Notes under the pieces: generated by a model
What the model saw: the letters and a program-made list of their open reading frames with translations, nothing else
Told to the model about the DNA's origin: nothing
Database searches by the model: none
DNA from: Octopus sinensis
Lineage: Eukaryota
NCBI RefSeq assembly: GCF_006345805.1
Contig: NC_043001.1
Location: 14,942,001 to 15,006,000 of the forward strand
Direction of reading: 5' to 3'
Length of the DNA stretch: 64,000 bases
Shown: positions 11,336-24,695 of the stretch, piece by piece
Layout of the letters: each line of letters opens with the position of its first letter
Position numbering within the stretch: the first letter of the stretch is position 1
Made by a program: the position numbers and the translations under genes

Positions 11336-11949
11336 GGCGCAGATGTGGCTGTGTAGTAAGAAGCTTGCTTCCCAACCATGTGGTTCCGGGTTCAGTTCCA
11401 CTACGTGGCACCGTGGGCAAGTGTCTTCTACTATTGCCTCAGGCTGACCAAAGCCTTGCGAGTGCATTTGGTAGATGGAAACTGAAAGAAGCCCGTTGTG
11501 TATATATGTGTGTGTTTGTATTTGCGTGTGTGTTTGTGTGTGTGTTTGCGTGTGTGTGATTGTATGTGTTTGTTGTTCCCCACAATCACTTGACAATTAA
11601 TGTCGGTGCATTTATGTCCCAAAACATAGCGGTGCGGCAAAATACACCGATAGAATAAGTACTAGGCTTGCAAAGAATAAGTCCTGGGGTCGATTTGCTC
11701 GACTAAAGGCAGCGCTCCAACATGGCCACAGTCAAATGACTGAAACAAATAAAAGAATATGTATATATATATATTTATATACATACGACGGGCTTCTTTC
11801 AGTTTCCGTCTGCCAGATCCACCGACAAGACTTTGGTTGGTCTGAAGCTATAGTAGAAGACACTTGCCCAAGGTGACATGCAGTGGGACTGAACTTGGAA
11901 CCATGTGGTTGGGAACCAAACTTCTTACCACACAGCCACTCTTGCGCCT
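11336..11949. mobile_element. SINE family A (+, 11336-11757) abutting an inverted 5' half (-, ~11765-11949)
   Basis: Direct and reverse-complement matches to family A. Confidence 0.85.
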
Positions 11950-12212
11950 AGGTAAAAAGAAAATTCACCATTTTCTCGATTTCTAGAAGAAGTTTCTGCC
12001 TAGCTGCTAGTCCTGCTAGAAGTAGTGACCAAATCTACCTCAGATCACATTCTGTGGTGACGTAGAGGTTATATATATAAAAAGGAGATGTTGGATAATG
12101 CAGTCTTGCACATAAGAAAAAGGGGAAAAAAGACAGGATGGTCACAACTAGATTGGGACCATCTTGTCTTTGGTCTCTTCAATCAGGACAAATCCTGGAG
12201 TGAATCAACAAG

Positions 12213-12294
12213 AACTACTACTACTACCACCACCACCACCACCACCACTAGTACTACTACTAATACTACTACTACCACCATCACTACCACCACC

Positions 12295-12326
<32 letters not shown>

Positions 12327-13372
12327 CCCCCCCATCCCACCACTACCACACCACCACTAGTACTACTACTAATACTACTACTACACTACCACCATCACCA
12401 CCACCACTACACCACCACACTAGTTATACTACTAATACTACTACTACTACTACCAACACCACCACCACACACTAGTACTACTACTAACTACTATACTATA
12501 CCACCATCACCACCACCACTACCACCACCACCACTAGTACTCTACTAAATACTATACTACTACAACACCACCACCACCACCACTAGTACTACTATAATAC
12601 TACTACTACTACTACCACCCTCACTACCACACCACCACCACCACACCACCACCACTACTACTACTAATACTACACCACCATCACCACCACTACCACCACC
12701 ACCACTAGTACTACTACTAATACTACTACTACTACTACCACCATCACCACCACCACTACCACCACCACCACTAGTACTACTACTAATACTACTACTACTA
12801 CCAACACCACCACCACCACCACTAGTACTACTACTACTACCACCATCACCACCACCACTACCACCACCACCACTAGTACTACTACTAATACTACTACTAC
12901 TACCACCATCACCACCACCACCACTACCACCATCACCACCACCACCACTACCACCACCACCACTAGTACTACTACTAATACTACTACTACTACTACCACC
13001 ACCACCACTAGTACTACTACTAATACTACTACTACTACTACCACCATCACCACCACCACCACCACCACCACCACTAGTACTACTACTAATACTACTACTA
13101 CTACTACCACCATCACCACCACCACTACCACCACCACCACTAGTACTACTACTAATACTACTACTACTACTACTACCACACCATCACCACCACCACTACC
13201 ACCACCACCACTAGTACTACTACTAATACTACTACTACTACTACTAATACTACTACTACTACTACCACCATCACCACCACCACTACCACCACCACCACTA
13301 GTACTACTACTAATACTACTACTACTACTACCAACACCACCACCACCACTACTACGACGACGATGACGACTT
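12213..13372. repeat. Compound (ACT)n/(ACC)n trinucleotide array
   Basis: Visible; explains poly-T/poly-V ORFs. Confidence 0.95.
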
Positions 13373-13836
13373 CTACAATTACCACTGCAACAGCCTATCA
13401 CAATGTGTGTAAGTACTCGATGTGTTACAGTATATTTCAGTTAATTAATATTACATTAACTAATTACACCATTAAACATGCATCAAACAAGAGTATTTGA
13501 AATGTCAGAAACAGAGAGAAAATCTGTAGAATGCCATTTTCTAATGTTTTACTGCAACCCAACGCCAAACTGACTCGCTTCTGCGCTTTAGGAATTCTCA
13601 GATTTTAACCTGTTCTTAAAACCGATTGACATTTAAGTGAGAAAGTAAAGGTGACTGTGATTTAAGTAGGAGATCCACTTCTTCCGAATCTATACTACCT
13701 GGCTAAATATTTATGGTCCATTTTTGGCATATCAACAAAAGTGTGTCCCACTGACTTTGTTTCTGCATAAATTTCAAACAAAAGGATATTTTTTTAATGA
13801 ATTTTTCTACAAATGTCTTTCACGTAAGGTAGACTA

Positions 13837-14620
13837 CCGTATTTTCCGGTCTATAAAACGTATCGGTATTTAACCCTTTGGTGTTTAAGCTAGCCATATC
13901 CGGCCCAAATATCCTACATGTTTTACATACAAACTGGCCATATCTAGCCCCTCACTCCTAACCTACATTGACATTCTAAGAATAAACTATCACACCATTG
14001 AAACTTCAAAGCTGTAAGATAATGTATGATTACTTGAAAATAATTTGAGTGAAAAAAATATTACATTTAACAGATTAATCTGAACACTAAAGGGTTAAAC
14101 CACAGGGCTGAAGTTTGGGGAAAATTTTGGTTTTATTCAGACATAGAGCACACTGGTGTTTAAAAGATCTATAGAGCTATGGGTCTGCACCTAGCTTTTT
14201 TTTGCTGATGTCTATGTAGTTTCAAAATGCCTCCGAGAAAGAGTTACACAGCTGTCTTCAAGTTAAAATGTATTAACTATACAAAAGAAAATGGTAACAG
14301 AGTTACAGCAAGGCAGCACAGCGTAAATGAAGCCATGGTCTGTTCATGGTGCAAAAAGGAAGATTCACCACAACTGACCAAAAGAGCAAATTGTGGCACG
14401 AAAGCTAGACGGCCAGTCCTAGAAGACCAGGTTGAGAGTTGGGTACCTGAGCAGAGAGCCTCACACCAAGGGGTAAGCACAGTACACATAAGACTGAAAG
14501 AATTGTCCTTGACCAAAGACTTTGGGCTGACTGACTGCCAAGGTGTGTCCAGTTCATGTGAAGAAACTCCTCTCATCCCACCTCTGAAAAAGTTTTCTTC
14601 ACAAGAATTTCCAATATAAT
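13837..14620 (+). mobile_element. Pogo/Tigger-like DNA transposon remnant (left end plus transposase N-terminus)
   Basis: TA|CCGTATTTTCCGGTCTATAA end; ORF 14227-14619 RKSYTAVFKLKCI..GNRVTARQHSVNEAMVCSW..LEDQVESWV resembles Brinker-type DBD + CENP-B HTH; no DDE domain seen. Confidence 0.8.
13874..14094 (+). mobile_element. piggyBac-like MITE nested in the pogo remnant
   Basis: TTAA|CCCTTTGGTGTT...AACACTAAAGGG|TTAA. Confidence 0.8.
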
Positions 14621-14809
14621 TGGAATCTACACAACTTGAAAGTTATTTGTGGAAACTTTATTTTAAAAATTACCATTCTTCTAAAGGTTATGAGGAAACG
14701 AAGTTAAAGGAAGGGTACACTTGTGTAGACATGCCTTACTTCTGATTGAGGTAGTTTGAATCGAGGTAGAGACCATGCTGGAATGTTTATAAAATAATAG
14801 TAACAAAGT

Positions 14810-15332
14810 CAGGCGTGGTTGTTGGGTCTGAAGCTTGCTCTCCAACCATGTTGTTCTGGGTTTGATCCTGCTGTGTGACACCTTGGGCGGGTATCTTCTA
14901 CTATAGCCTCAGGCCTACCTAGGCCTTGTGGGTGGAGTTGGTAGATGGAGGCTGAGGGAGGCCTGTCGTGTATATGTATGTATATATCTAGCACATGGTT
15001 CAGTGGTTAGAGCATCGGGGGGGCGGTCACTATCATGGGGTAGTGAGTTTGATTCTCAGACCAGGCTCTGTGATGTGGTCTTGAGCAAGACACTTTATTT
15101 CACATTGCTCCAGTTCACTCAGCTGTAGAAATGAGTTGCGACGTCACTGGTGCCATTAATAATCATAGGCGCAGGAGTGGCTGTGGTAAGTAGCTTGCTT
15201 ACCAACCACATGGCTCTGGATTCAGTCCCACTGCGTGGCACCTTGGGCAAGTGTCTTCTACTATAGCCTCGGACCAACCAAAGCCTTGTGAGTGGATTTG
15301 GTAGACAGAAACTGAAAGAAGCCTGTTGTATG

Positions 15333-15372
<40 letters not shown>

Positions 15373-15585
15373 CATTTGTGTGTCTGTGTTTGTCCCTCCA
15401 ACATCGCTTGACAACCGATGCTGGTGTGTTTACGTCCCCGTAGCTTAGTGGTTCGGCAAAAGAGACCGATAGAATAAGTACTAGGCTTACAAAGAATAAG
15501 TCCTGGGGTCGATTTCTTCAACTGAAAGGTGGTGCTCCAGCATGGCTGCAGTCAAATGACTGAAACAAGTAAAAGAGTAAAAGAG
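14810..15585 (+). mobile_element. SINE stack: partial family A, family E (~14990-15150), full family A (15168-15585)
   Basis: Successive tRNA-like heads and CORE-like motifs. Confidence 0.8.
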
Positions 15586-15978
15586 ATTGTAAAGTTCTTA
15601 ATGCAGTGACATGTTTCTGGAAGAAACTTCCATGATTTAAAAAATTTTAATTTATTACCCAATTGTTGGACGTCAGAACCAAACAATAAATCAAAATTCT
15701 TACCCAAATGTTGTAAATCTACGACATGAATAAAAACAAGAAGTCTCTTGTAAGTTTTCATAAGATGTTACAAGATAAAAATAATGTTACATGATGAAAT
15801 ATGAAAAATATATTAAAATAACAAAGCAAGAATTTTTTAAACATGGTTTATAGCTTAGTAAAATGAAACTGACCATTGTTTGAAATGGTGAACGAAGTAG
15901 AGTTCTTAGTTAAGACTGGAATCAGTTTAAGGAACTGTTTGCATTGGTGGTTTTCTTCACATCTTATTGTAGAGCATA

Positions 15979-16455
15979 CCGTAAATCCTCGAGCATAATC
16001 CGCATTTTTTCCCCAAAATTTAAAGGTCAAATTCCCTAGTGCATATGATATATGAGGTTAAAAATGAAAAATATTTTCTAAGCAATGTCCGAGTCTCTAT
16101 TTGCTGTCCGGCAATGTTTGTTCAGACGCATTTTGTGATGTCGGGCGCGAAAATACCTTAAGCTAAGCCTGAAAGCAATGAAGTCATAAAAGAATCATCC
16201 ATAACTTGCAGTAAGCAACATTTATCAAAATAAAAGTATTCAGAACACAGAATAACATGTAACAAAAACAATTTGCAAAGATATTTACATTCCCATATAA
16301 CAGTTAAGAACATCACCATTATTGTATTACGCATGCATGGAAGTGTTTGTTCGACTAGGTGCTGCTGGCTTAATTACGCACGACTCAAGTTAGAGAAGTA
16401 GTGCATATTATACACAAGGTTTAGGTTTATCAGAGGTACAGCCCCCTAAAAATGT
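15979..16455 (+). mobile_element. Pogo-like non-autonomous element fragment
   Basis: TA|CCGTAAATCCTCGAGCATAA terminus; right end not found. Confidence 0.5.
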
Positions 16456-16671
16456 GTTCTGAGTTCAGATCTGGTCTTGGCCTTCTTGGGTAGTAGACTT
16501 TAATCTGTCTCTCGATTTAACACCACCTCATGGCACCTTGGATGTCTTTAACTGAGTCTATTCTGTTACAAGCATTGAGGACTGATCCCGGTTCGAAAAT
16601 ATCTTCCTTCTCCCTCAAAGAGACCCTATAAAGGGCCGTGAGTACAACCTTCTAATATAAGTAAAAGATTT

Positions 16672-17268
16672 CAGGAGGTAAGCTGGCAGAAATGTTAGCA
16701 TGCCGGGCAAAATACTTAGCGGTATTTCGTCTACCGACACGTACTGAGTTCAAATTTCACCGAGGTCGACTTTGCCTTTCATCCTTTCAGGGGCCAATTA
16801 AATAAGTACCAGTTACGCACTGGGGTCGATATAATCGACTCAATCCATTTGTCTGTCTTTGTTTGTCCTCTCTATGTTTAGCTCCTTGTGGGTAGTAAAG
16901 AAATCGGTATTTTGTCTGTCTTTATGTTCTGAGTTCAAATTCTGCCTAGGTCAACTTTGCCTATCATCTTTCAGGGTCGATAAATTAAGTACCAGTTGCA
17001 TACTGGGGTCAATCTAATCGACTGCTCCTCCTTCCCCCAAAATTTCAGGTCTTGTGCCTAGAATAGAAAAGAATTGTTAGCACGACTGGTGAAATACTTA
17101 GTGGTATTTCATCTGTCTTTACATTCTGAGTTCAAATTCTGTCGAAGTTGACTTTGCCTTTCATCTTTCGGGGTCAATAAATTAAGTTCCAGTTGTGTAC
17201 TGGGGTCAATCTAATCAACTAGCTCCCTCCCCCAAAATTTTTGGCTTGGTGCCTTGAGTAGAAAAGAA
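16672..17268 (+). mobile_element. SINE family B with three tandem internal units
   Basis: Repeated TTCTGAGTTCAAATT..Nin motif; ~18-bp TSD AATATAAGTAAAAGATTT at ~16654 and ~17267. Confidence 0.85.
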
Positions 17269-17496
17269 TATAAGTAAAAGATTTTAAAAATTGTTTATTT
17301 GCAGAAAATATTTATAATGCCAAACACTAAATAATGGTTTCTGAGTTAGGCACAAGGGCAGCAGTTTTAAGAGAAGAGGATAAGTTGATGGCATTTAAGA
17401 CCCCCAGTATTTGACTGGTATTTTATTTTATTCACCCCCAGAAAGATTAAAGCAAAATTAATCTTGGCGGGATTTCAATTCAGAATGTAAAGAGTA

Positions 17497-17655
17497 CAGT
17501 GTAGCTAATGGCAGGGCGATGGGACGATCTGCCCCAGGTGACACTTTTATGGGGAGAAAGGTACATTTGGGTTTGCTATAAAAGCAGGAGCCTGATGGAG
17601 GCAGTAGTAAACTTAGAAGCTGTCCGGGCACCACCACACCCTAGCTATGCCATTG
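17497..17655. mobile_element. hAT-like MITE
   Basis: Imperfect TIR CAGTGTAGCTA...TAGCTATGCCATTG. Confidence 0.55.
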
Positions 17656-18299
17656 GCAAAATGTAGGAAGAGATATTGCAAGACATTTTACCTGACAGTT
17701 GTAAAGATTCTGCTGGTTTGCCACCTTTTAAGTTAAAAATGTGTGAGTTGTTGAACTCTAAATATTACAGTAATCAAATAATACTTGAATATAAATTTGA
17801 TGCATTTTCTGACTGGGCATGAGTTTGGATCAATGAACACCAGGTATTTACAGGTGAAATGCTTATCAAGATTAATGAAAGGAAGGACTTTTTTCCTGCA
17901 CTTTATAAGAGCAAACTGCTTTGCCGAAGAAGGTAGCTTTCATAGTTGAATATTAAGATCTATTCCATCTCAATCACAGATTTTTTAATTAATTGTTTTT
18001 TAACTAAATGGTTTGAAATTTCGAATACTGGTAGAATTTCTCATGTAGACCATGGTTTACTTGAATGGAAAGCTTGAATCAGTAAAAAAATTAATTCAAG
18101 AACTGTGAAATGGAATAATTTGTCAGATAAATTCATTCATTTCTTTCCACTGTTATTTGAATTAATCCGGAAAATATTTTCATCGTAGTGTTGTTTGGTT
18201 TGTTTTCTGTAACTGTTTTTCCTACAGAAATTTTGTTTATTGTTTTTGAAATTTGAATAAATTTTTACTTCTTTTCAGATGTATGACTCATTGTGTGCC

Positions 18300-18728
18300 A
18301 TGTTCAACATGACAACGATCGCTGCCTCGTCGCTAATTTGACAAAAAAAAAATTCTACTCAAGAACTCAATTGAGAGGCTGTTTCACACCCAATGTATTC
18401 TCTTGATATAGCACTTTCAGACTATCATCTTTATCGATTGCTCCTCAACATCTGCAAAGCGTTTCGTTTAACAATAACATGGAGCCGACAACATGGCTCG
18501 ATGAATTCTTTGAGCCAAGACCCTGTGAATCTTGCACTCATGGTATTGACAAGCTTGAGAAACATTGGTAAGAAATGAACAATGAAGGAGAATACACTAT
18601 TGATTGATTTGTTAAAATTATTGATGGAAAAAGATTTTAAAAAAATGAATGAATGAATTAGTGATGAAGGAAAAAAAAACAAATTAGTGATGCAGAAAAA
18701 AAACGAAGAATTTATTTGACAACCCAAC
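18300..18728 (+). pseudogene. Mariner transposase 3' remnant with right TIR
   Basis: QHDN then HPMYSLDIALSDYHLYRLL (cf. HPPYSPDLAPSDYHLF); end GAATTTATTTGACAACCCAA. Confidence 0.85.
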
Positions 18729-19181
18729 AGTGATGTTTGAATCATTGATTACAACTTGTCCTAGATGCTTTTATTGATGAATTGAATGAAACAAGCAATT
18801 TTAAGATCCTCCAGGAGTAGGTTTTTTTGGAGCTGATAAAATTCCTGTATGGAGTCCTTCATTTAAAACCATGAAAAAAACAACAAATTTATATAATGAA
18901 GACCAGTTGCAGCTTCAAAACAATTTGCTGCAGAATAGGTCATATTCTTCTCGTTCAAGTTGGGTTTCCTGCTGCCTTAAACATGTCTGTTAAATAAAGG
19001 TATGGAGAGTTTATCCAGTTTGTTTTTGATTTTTTTTTCTCTCTGAAGGTAAGAATTTCCTGGCATAAAAATGGCTGAAACAAGTAATTTATAAACGACA
19101 TTTTCAACAAACTTGCTTTGTTATCTTATATACAAAGAAGACAAACTTCATAATGGCAGATAAGAATCAAAACTGCAGTTG

Positions 19182-19565
19182 CTGTTTGTTTGTTTGTTTG
19201 TTTGTTTGTTGAGCGAAGCGGTCTTCGTCCTGGGAGAAGTCCGAAACATGGTCCTTTGCTATTCATAAGACCCACAGAAGAGAAAGCAGGTCAACCCCCA
19301 ACACCGAGAGCATCGATGGATGGATGAATGAGCATCCAGGCTCAGGGGTTGCGTAGGAAGTCGGGGACAAGAAACAGGAAGAAAGAGTGAGAGAAAGTTG
19401 GAGCAAAAGAGTACAACAGGGGTCGTCACCACCCCCTGCCGGAGCCTCATGGAGCTTTAGGTGTTTTCGTTCAATAAACACACACAACGCCCGGTCTGGG
19501 AATCGAAACCGCGATCCTCCGAGTGCGAGTCCGCTGCCCAAATGATTGGGCCATTGCGCCTCCAC
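19182..19565 (-). mobile_element. SINE family C, tail type 1
   Basis: Reverse complement of 9459-9852; TSD ACTGCAGTTNCTGTT. Confidence 0.85.
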
Positions 19566-20225
19566 TGCAGTTACTGTTCCTAATACAATAAAATAGCTTT
19601 TTGATTTGCATGCTTATTTTCACTAGTTTATGACAACCCATCAAAGGTGATGACAACGTTGACCTAAGACGGCTATCCTTCTCCGCCTCCAGCATATAGT
19701 TTCTTATGGGAGCGGACGTGGTTGACAAGACCGACACGAGATAGGCATATCTTGTGGCACTAAGGGCACTGAAAGTGACTCCAAACAACAGCTGCAGGGC
19801 ATTGATGTCTCGCCATCTCTTTATCTAATCCCCCATGTTTGTTTTCAAAGCATTCTACTACAAGTGGAAGAGTGCTTTGGTTTGCATAAAAAAAAAAAAG
19901 GGATCATCACAAAGCATGCTTTTAAGCATGTATGGAGGAAAGGAAAGATGTCGAATTGCAGCTCTGGGGAGTATGATTTGCGTATATGACAGTTAAAATG
20001 AAAGTGCGGTTTATTGGATGAAGGACACAAGGTTCCATTAGATAGATTCTGAGAAGGGCTGAATTATGAAATATTTTTGACCCCCCCCCCCCACACACAC
20101 TCTATGGAACATTGAGGAAATTCTGTGGAAAATTCAAAGAAGTTGAACCAAATAAATAGAAACAAAATTTGATTCAAATTTTTTATGATTTCCATAACTT
20201 AACAAAAAAAATGTTTTCAACCGTA

Positions 20226-20660
20226 GGCATAGGAGTGGCTGTGTGGTAAGTAGCTTGCTTATGAACCACATGGTTCTGGGTTCAGTCCCACTGCGTAGTG
20301 GACTGGGCAACTGTCTTCTACTATAGCCTCAGGCCGACCAAAGCCTTGTGAGTGGATTTGGTAGACAGAAACTAAATGAAGCCTGTTGCAGATATGTATA
20401 TATATATGTATATATGTGTGGTGTGTGTGTGTGTGTGTGTGTGTATGTTTATGTGTCTGTGTTTGTTCCCCCAACATCGCTTGAAAACCAATGCTGGCGT
20501 GTTTACGTCCCCGTAACTTAGCGGTTTGGCAAAAGAGACCGATAGAATAAGTACTAGGCTTACAAAGAATAAGTCCTGGGGTCGATTTGCTCGACTAAAA
20601 GGCAGTGCTCCAGCATGGCCACAGTCAAATGACCGAAACAATTAAAATAGTAAAGAGTAA
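20226..20660 (+). mobile_element. SINE family A
   Basis: Match to family A. Confidence 0.9.
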
Positions 20661-22830
20661 CCGAAATAACTTTTTGCTACAATAGCATAAAGACAAAACA
20701 AATTATTAATACAGGGTGTGGCAGAAAAGTATAGAACCCCCTCCCATGGGTTTTTTTCTCCATCGTTCTCTGCTGTTAACGAAGTCAAGCAGGTGGTAAC
20801 GATGCCTTAATGGAACTAATGTTTTATTTTTCTTTTCTTTTTAGTTCCCATCATGGTTTGGATCAGTGAACACCTGGTATTTACAGGTGAAATGCTTATC
20901 AAGATTAATAAAAGGAAGGACTTTTTTCCTGCACTTTATAAGAGCAAAATGCTTTGCCGAAGAAGGTAGCTTTCATAGATATGAATATTAGGATCTATTC
21001 CATCTCAATCACAGATTTTTTAATTAATTTTTTTTTTTAACTAAATGGTTTGAAACTTCGAATTCTGGTAGAATTTCTCATGTAGAACACACTTTACTCT
21101 GAACATTTTTGACAAAATTTTGTATTTTAGATGTTATTTCATGTTAAAGTTGTCTTGTTTGGGTAATTTTAACCAATCAATGACATGTATTTAGCTGAAG
21201 GAATGTACTGCTGTTTGCGGAAGAGCAACAGTTTCCGGGTCATCTCTACTAAAGGAATTTGGATATTTTTGCTTACTACTTGTGATAATTTTCACCACTC
21301 TGTTCTATTTTATTTTTGTTTACTTGCTTGCATTAATTTCGCGGTTTATTTTCACCAACTTTTGCTTACTTACCTGCATTAATTTGTACGTGTTACACCA
21401 TGCCTGGTTATTTTTTATATGTACCTCTGCTCAAACTGAGTATGTACTGCCATGAAACTTTACAGTGCATTTCAAAGTTTAATATTCCACATTAAAATTG
21501 ATTTAATCTTTATCCATTTGTATTCTTTTCCCTTTTGTTTACATCGTATACATGCCTCGTTATGGGTTAAATTAGAGTTAGAGCTATGGTTTAGAATTAG
21601 GGTTAGTTAGCATGCTAAAGTGTAAATGGCCATGTCTACTGTATGCTAAAGTGGCACTAAAAATTAATTGAAACAAATTACCTGTCAGAAATTAAATCAT
21701 GAAAGGGTTAGCAGTGTCAACACACTTTACTCCGCATTTCTATGTTTCTGAGGGCAATAAAATAAAATATGGTTAATGCTGACATTATTACCTGGAAGCG
21801 AAATCGAGAAAAAGATAATGCAACAGGTGTAAAAGAAAAAAGATGTAAGAAACAGATATGCAAACAAAATGGTGGAAAGAGGCCTTTGGAAAATTCACAA
21901 GATCCGATGTCTTTCCCTCATAACTTTTGGGAAAATGGGTTTTTTTTAATGGAATTTTATATAAATACCTTTCAAATGGTATAGATTACTATTATAATGA
22001 ATTTTGTGGGAAAAACCTTTTTCGAGGGGGTAGGGAGAGGCCTTTGGAAAATTCACAAGATTCGATGTTTTTCTCTCATAACTTTGAGGAAAATTCGCGT
22101 AGGAAACGAATCTGAAAACACAAATGCATGGAAAGCAACAGGGTGGGGGGGGGAGGACTTCGGAAAATTCACAAGATTCATAAGATCCGAGTTTTTCCTT
22201 CGTAACTTTGAGGAAAATATAATCCATTTGAAATTACAAATTTTTTTTTTGCATATTCGTAACCTCCGACATCTAAAACGTAGGAATCCGAAAATTATTT
22301 ATCAAAGAAATCCATTTTTCAAGCAGAGGTTCGAAACTACATTAACCCCCCCCCACCCCGATTGTTTAACACATTGGTTAAACAATCGATCGGTTGTTTG
22401 TTAACCAAAGTTCTTTCATCGTTGTTCGCCAACACAATTCAACAAACGGTCGATTTGTTAGTCAGTTAAATATTCAGCCAACTGAAGTGGAACTGAATCT
22501 GTGCGTGTGTTATTGGCAAAACGACTCTCCTACGACACAAAATTTACTTCCAACACGTATTCTTATCAGGAATTACACGCAAACCAAATTCAAACAGTTT
22601 TTGAGTTGTTTCCCTTAACATCTTCCATAGTTTCTTCCCTTGTATTTATTTATTTTGAAAACAATCTTTTTGGGGGCCCATTCTCATTTACCGTTTTTTG
22701 TTTTCCTGCAAATGTATTTTCCCAGGCTACGATAGCGATTATTGGAATGCTACTCTCAGAAAATCGCCTTCCTTTAATCGGTTGGATGGGTTTATTTTTC
22801 GTTGCAGCAGTAATATCGCCATGTGGTAGC

Positions 22831-23226
22831 TCTCTCTCTCCCTCTTCCCCTCTCTCCCCCTTCTCCCCTCTCTCTCTCCCTCTTCCTTTTTCTTTCCCTC
22901 TCCTTCTCTCTTTCCCTCTTTCTCCTCTCTCTCTCCCTCTTCCCGTCTTCCTCTCTCTCTACCTCTTCCACTCTCTCTCTCCCTCTTCCCCTCTCTCTCT
23001 CCCTCTTCCGCCCTCTTCCTCTTTCTTTCCCTCTTCCTCTCTCTTTCTCCTCTCTCCGTCTTCTCGTCTCTCTCTCCCTCTTTCCCTCTTCCCGTCTTCA
23101 TCTCTCTCTCTTCCCTCTCTCCCTCCCTCTCTCCGTCTTCCCCTCTCTCTCTCCTTCTTCCTCTTTCTTTCCCTCTTCCTCTTTCTCCTCTCTCCTTCCC
23201 TCTTCCCCTCTCTCCCTCTCCCCCTC
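22831..23226. repeat. Pure polypyrimidine low-complexity tract
   Basis: Visible C/T-only sequence. Confidence 0.9.
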
Positions 23227-23319
23227 TAATACTAATACTGATTAGCACAGCTATACGGTTCACAACGGACGTGGCATTTGAATCCTTGTCCACGATGTTA
23301 AACTTTTCCCATCTTCTCT

Positions 23320-24226
23320 CTCTCTCATCGACCCCAGTGTTTCACTGGTACTTTATTTTATCGACCCTGAAAGGATGAAAAACAAAGTCGACCCCGAGAG
23401 GATGAAAGGCAAAATCGACTCAGAAATGTAAAGACAGACGAAATACGGCGCTAACGATTCTGCTAGCATATGCTGTCGGGCCCTGCTGCTGAAATCGGGG
23501 GATGTGTTCTATGGCTTGATCCGAGCATAGAATGGGGTTTGCTTCTTTGAGCTGGGAAATGAATGGAATACCTGGTGTGTGTCTTGTTGTGGCTACTCTT
23601 CCTAAAAAAAGTGGGGAATAGGCCTAGGTATATAAAAAATTATTATTATTATTATTATTATTAAAATTCTGCCAAGTTCGACTTTGCCCTTCATTCTTTC
23701 AGGGTTGATTAAATAAGTACCAGTTATACACTGGAGTTCGCAAATTCGAGGCCTTGTGCTTCCAGTAGAAAGAATCATCATCATCATGATCATCGTCGTC
23801 GTCGTCATCGTCGTCATCATCATCAAGGCAACGAAGTGCAGGCAGAATCGTTAGCACGCCGGGCGAAATGCTTTGCGGTATTTCGTCTGCCGTTACGTTC
23901 TGAGTTCAAATTTCGCCGAGGTCGACTTTGCCTTTCATCCTTTCGGGGTCGATAAATTAAGTACCAGTTACACACTGGGGTCGAATATAATCGACTTAAT
24001 CCGTCTGTCTGTCCTTGTTTGTCCTCTCTGTGTGTAGCCCCTTTTGGGTAGTAAAGAAATAGGTATTTCGTCTGCCATTATGTTCTGAGTTCAAATTCTG
24101 CTGAGGTTGACTTTGCCTTTCATCCTTTCACGGTCAATAAATTAAGTACCAGTTACATACTGGACTCAATATAATCAACTATTACCCTCCTCTAAATTTC
24201 AGGCCTTGTGCCTATAGTAGAAAGGA
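23320..24226. mobile_element. Cluster of SINE family B copies (- at ~23320-23465; + at ~23665-23772 and 23825-24226)
   Basis: Nin motif on both strands. Confidence 0.8.
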
Positions 24227-24239
24227 TTATTAGTATTAT

Positions 24240-24657
24240 TGAGTGAGAGAGCAGCGCATGCCATCAAAGTGACACTGGGGTATAAAATATACGAAGCCCA
24301 GTATGTGATTGTTACCAGCGTCGCCTTACTGGCACTTGTGCCGGTGCCACGTGAAAAAACATTCGAGCGAGGTTTTTGCCAGTGCCGCTGGACTGACTCA
24401 TGTACAGGTGGCATGTAAAAAGTACCATTTGAGCATGGCTGTTGCCAGTATCGCCTGCCCTCGTGCCGGTGGCACGTAAAAGCACCCACTACACTCTCGG
24501 AGTGGTTGGCGTTAGGAAGGGCATCCAGCTGTAGAAACTCTGCCAAATCAAGATTGGAGCCTGGTGCAGCCATCTGGTTCACCAGTCCCCAGTCGAACCG
24601 CCCAACCCATGCCAGCATGGAAAGCGGGACATTAAACAATGATGATGGTGATGATGA

Positions 24658-24660
<3 letters not shown>
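24240..24660 (+). mobile_element. SINE family D (Meta-domain)
   Basis: AGGAAGGGCATCCAGCTGTAGAAA, ~60-bp units, (GAT)n tail. Confidence 0.8.

Positions 24661-24695
<35 letters not shown>

Noticed and set aside
12088-13401. Mucin-like poly-T or poly-V ORFs
   Set aside because: Trinucleotide microsatellite with frame-breaking slips
22501-23293. 242 aa and 184 aa ORFs
   Set aside because: Driven by the C/T-only tract; no recognisable domain
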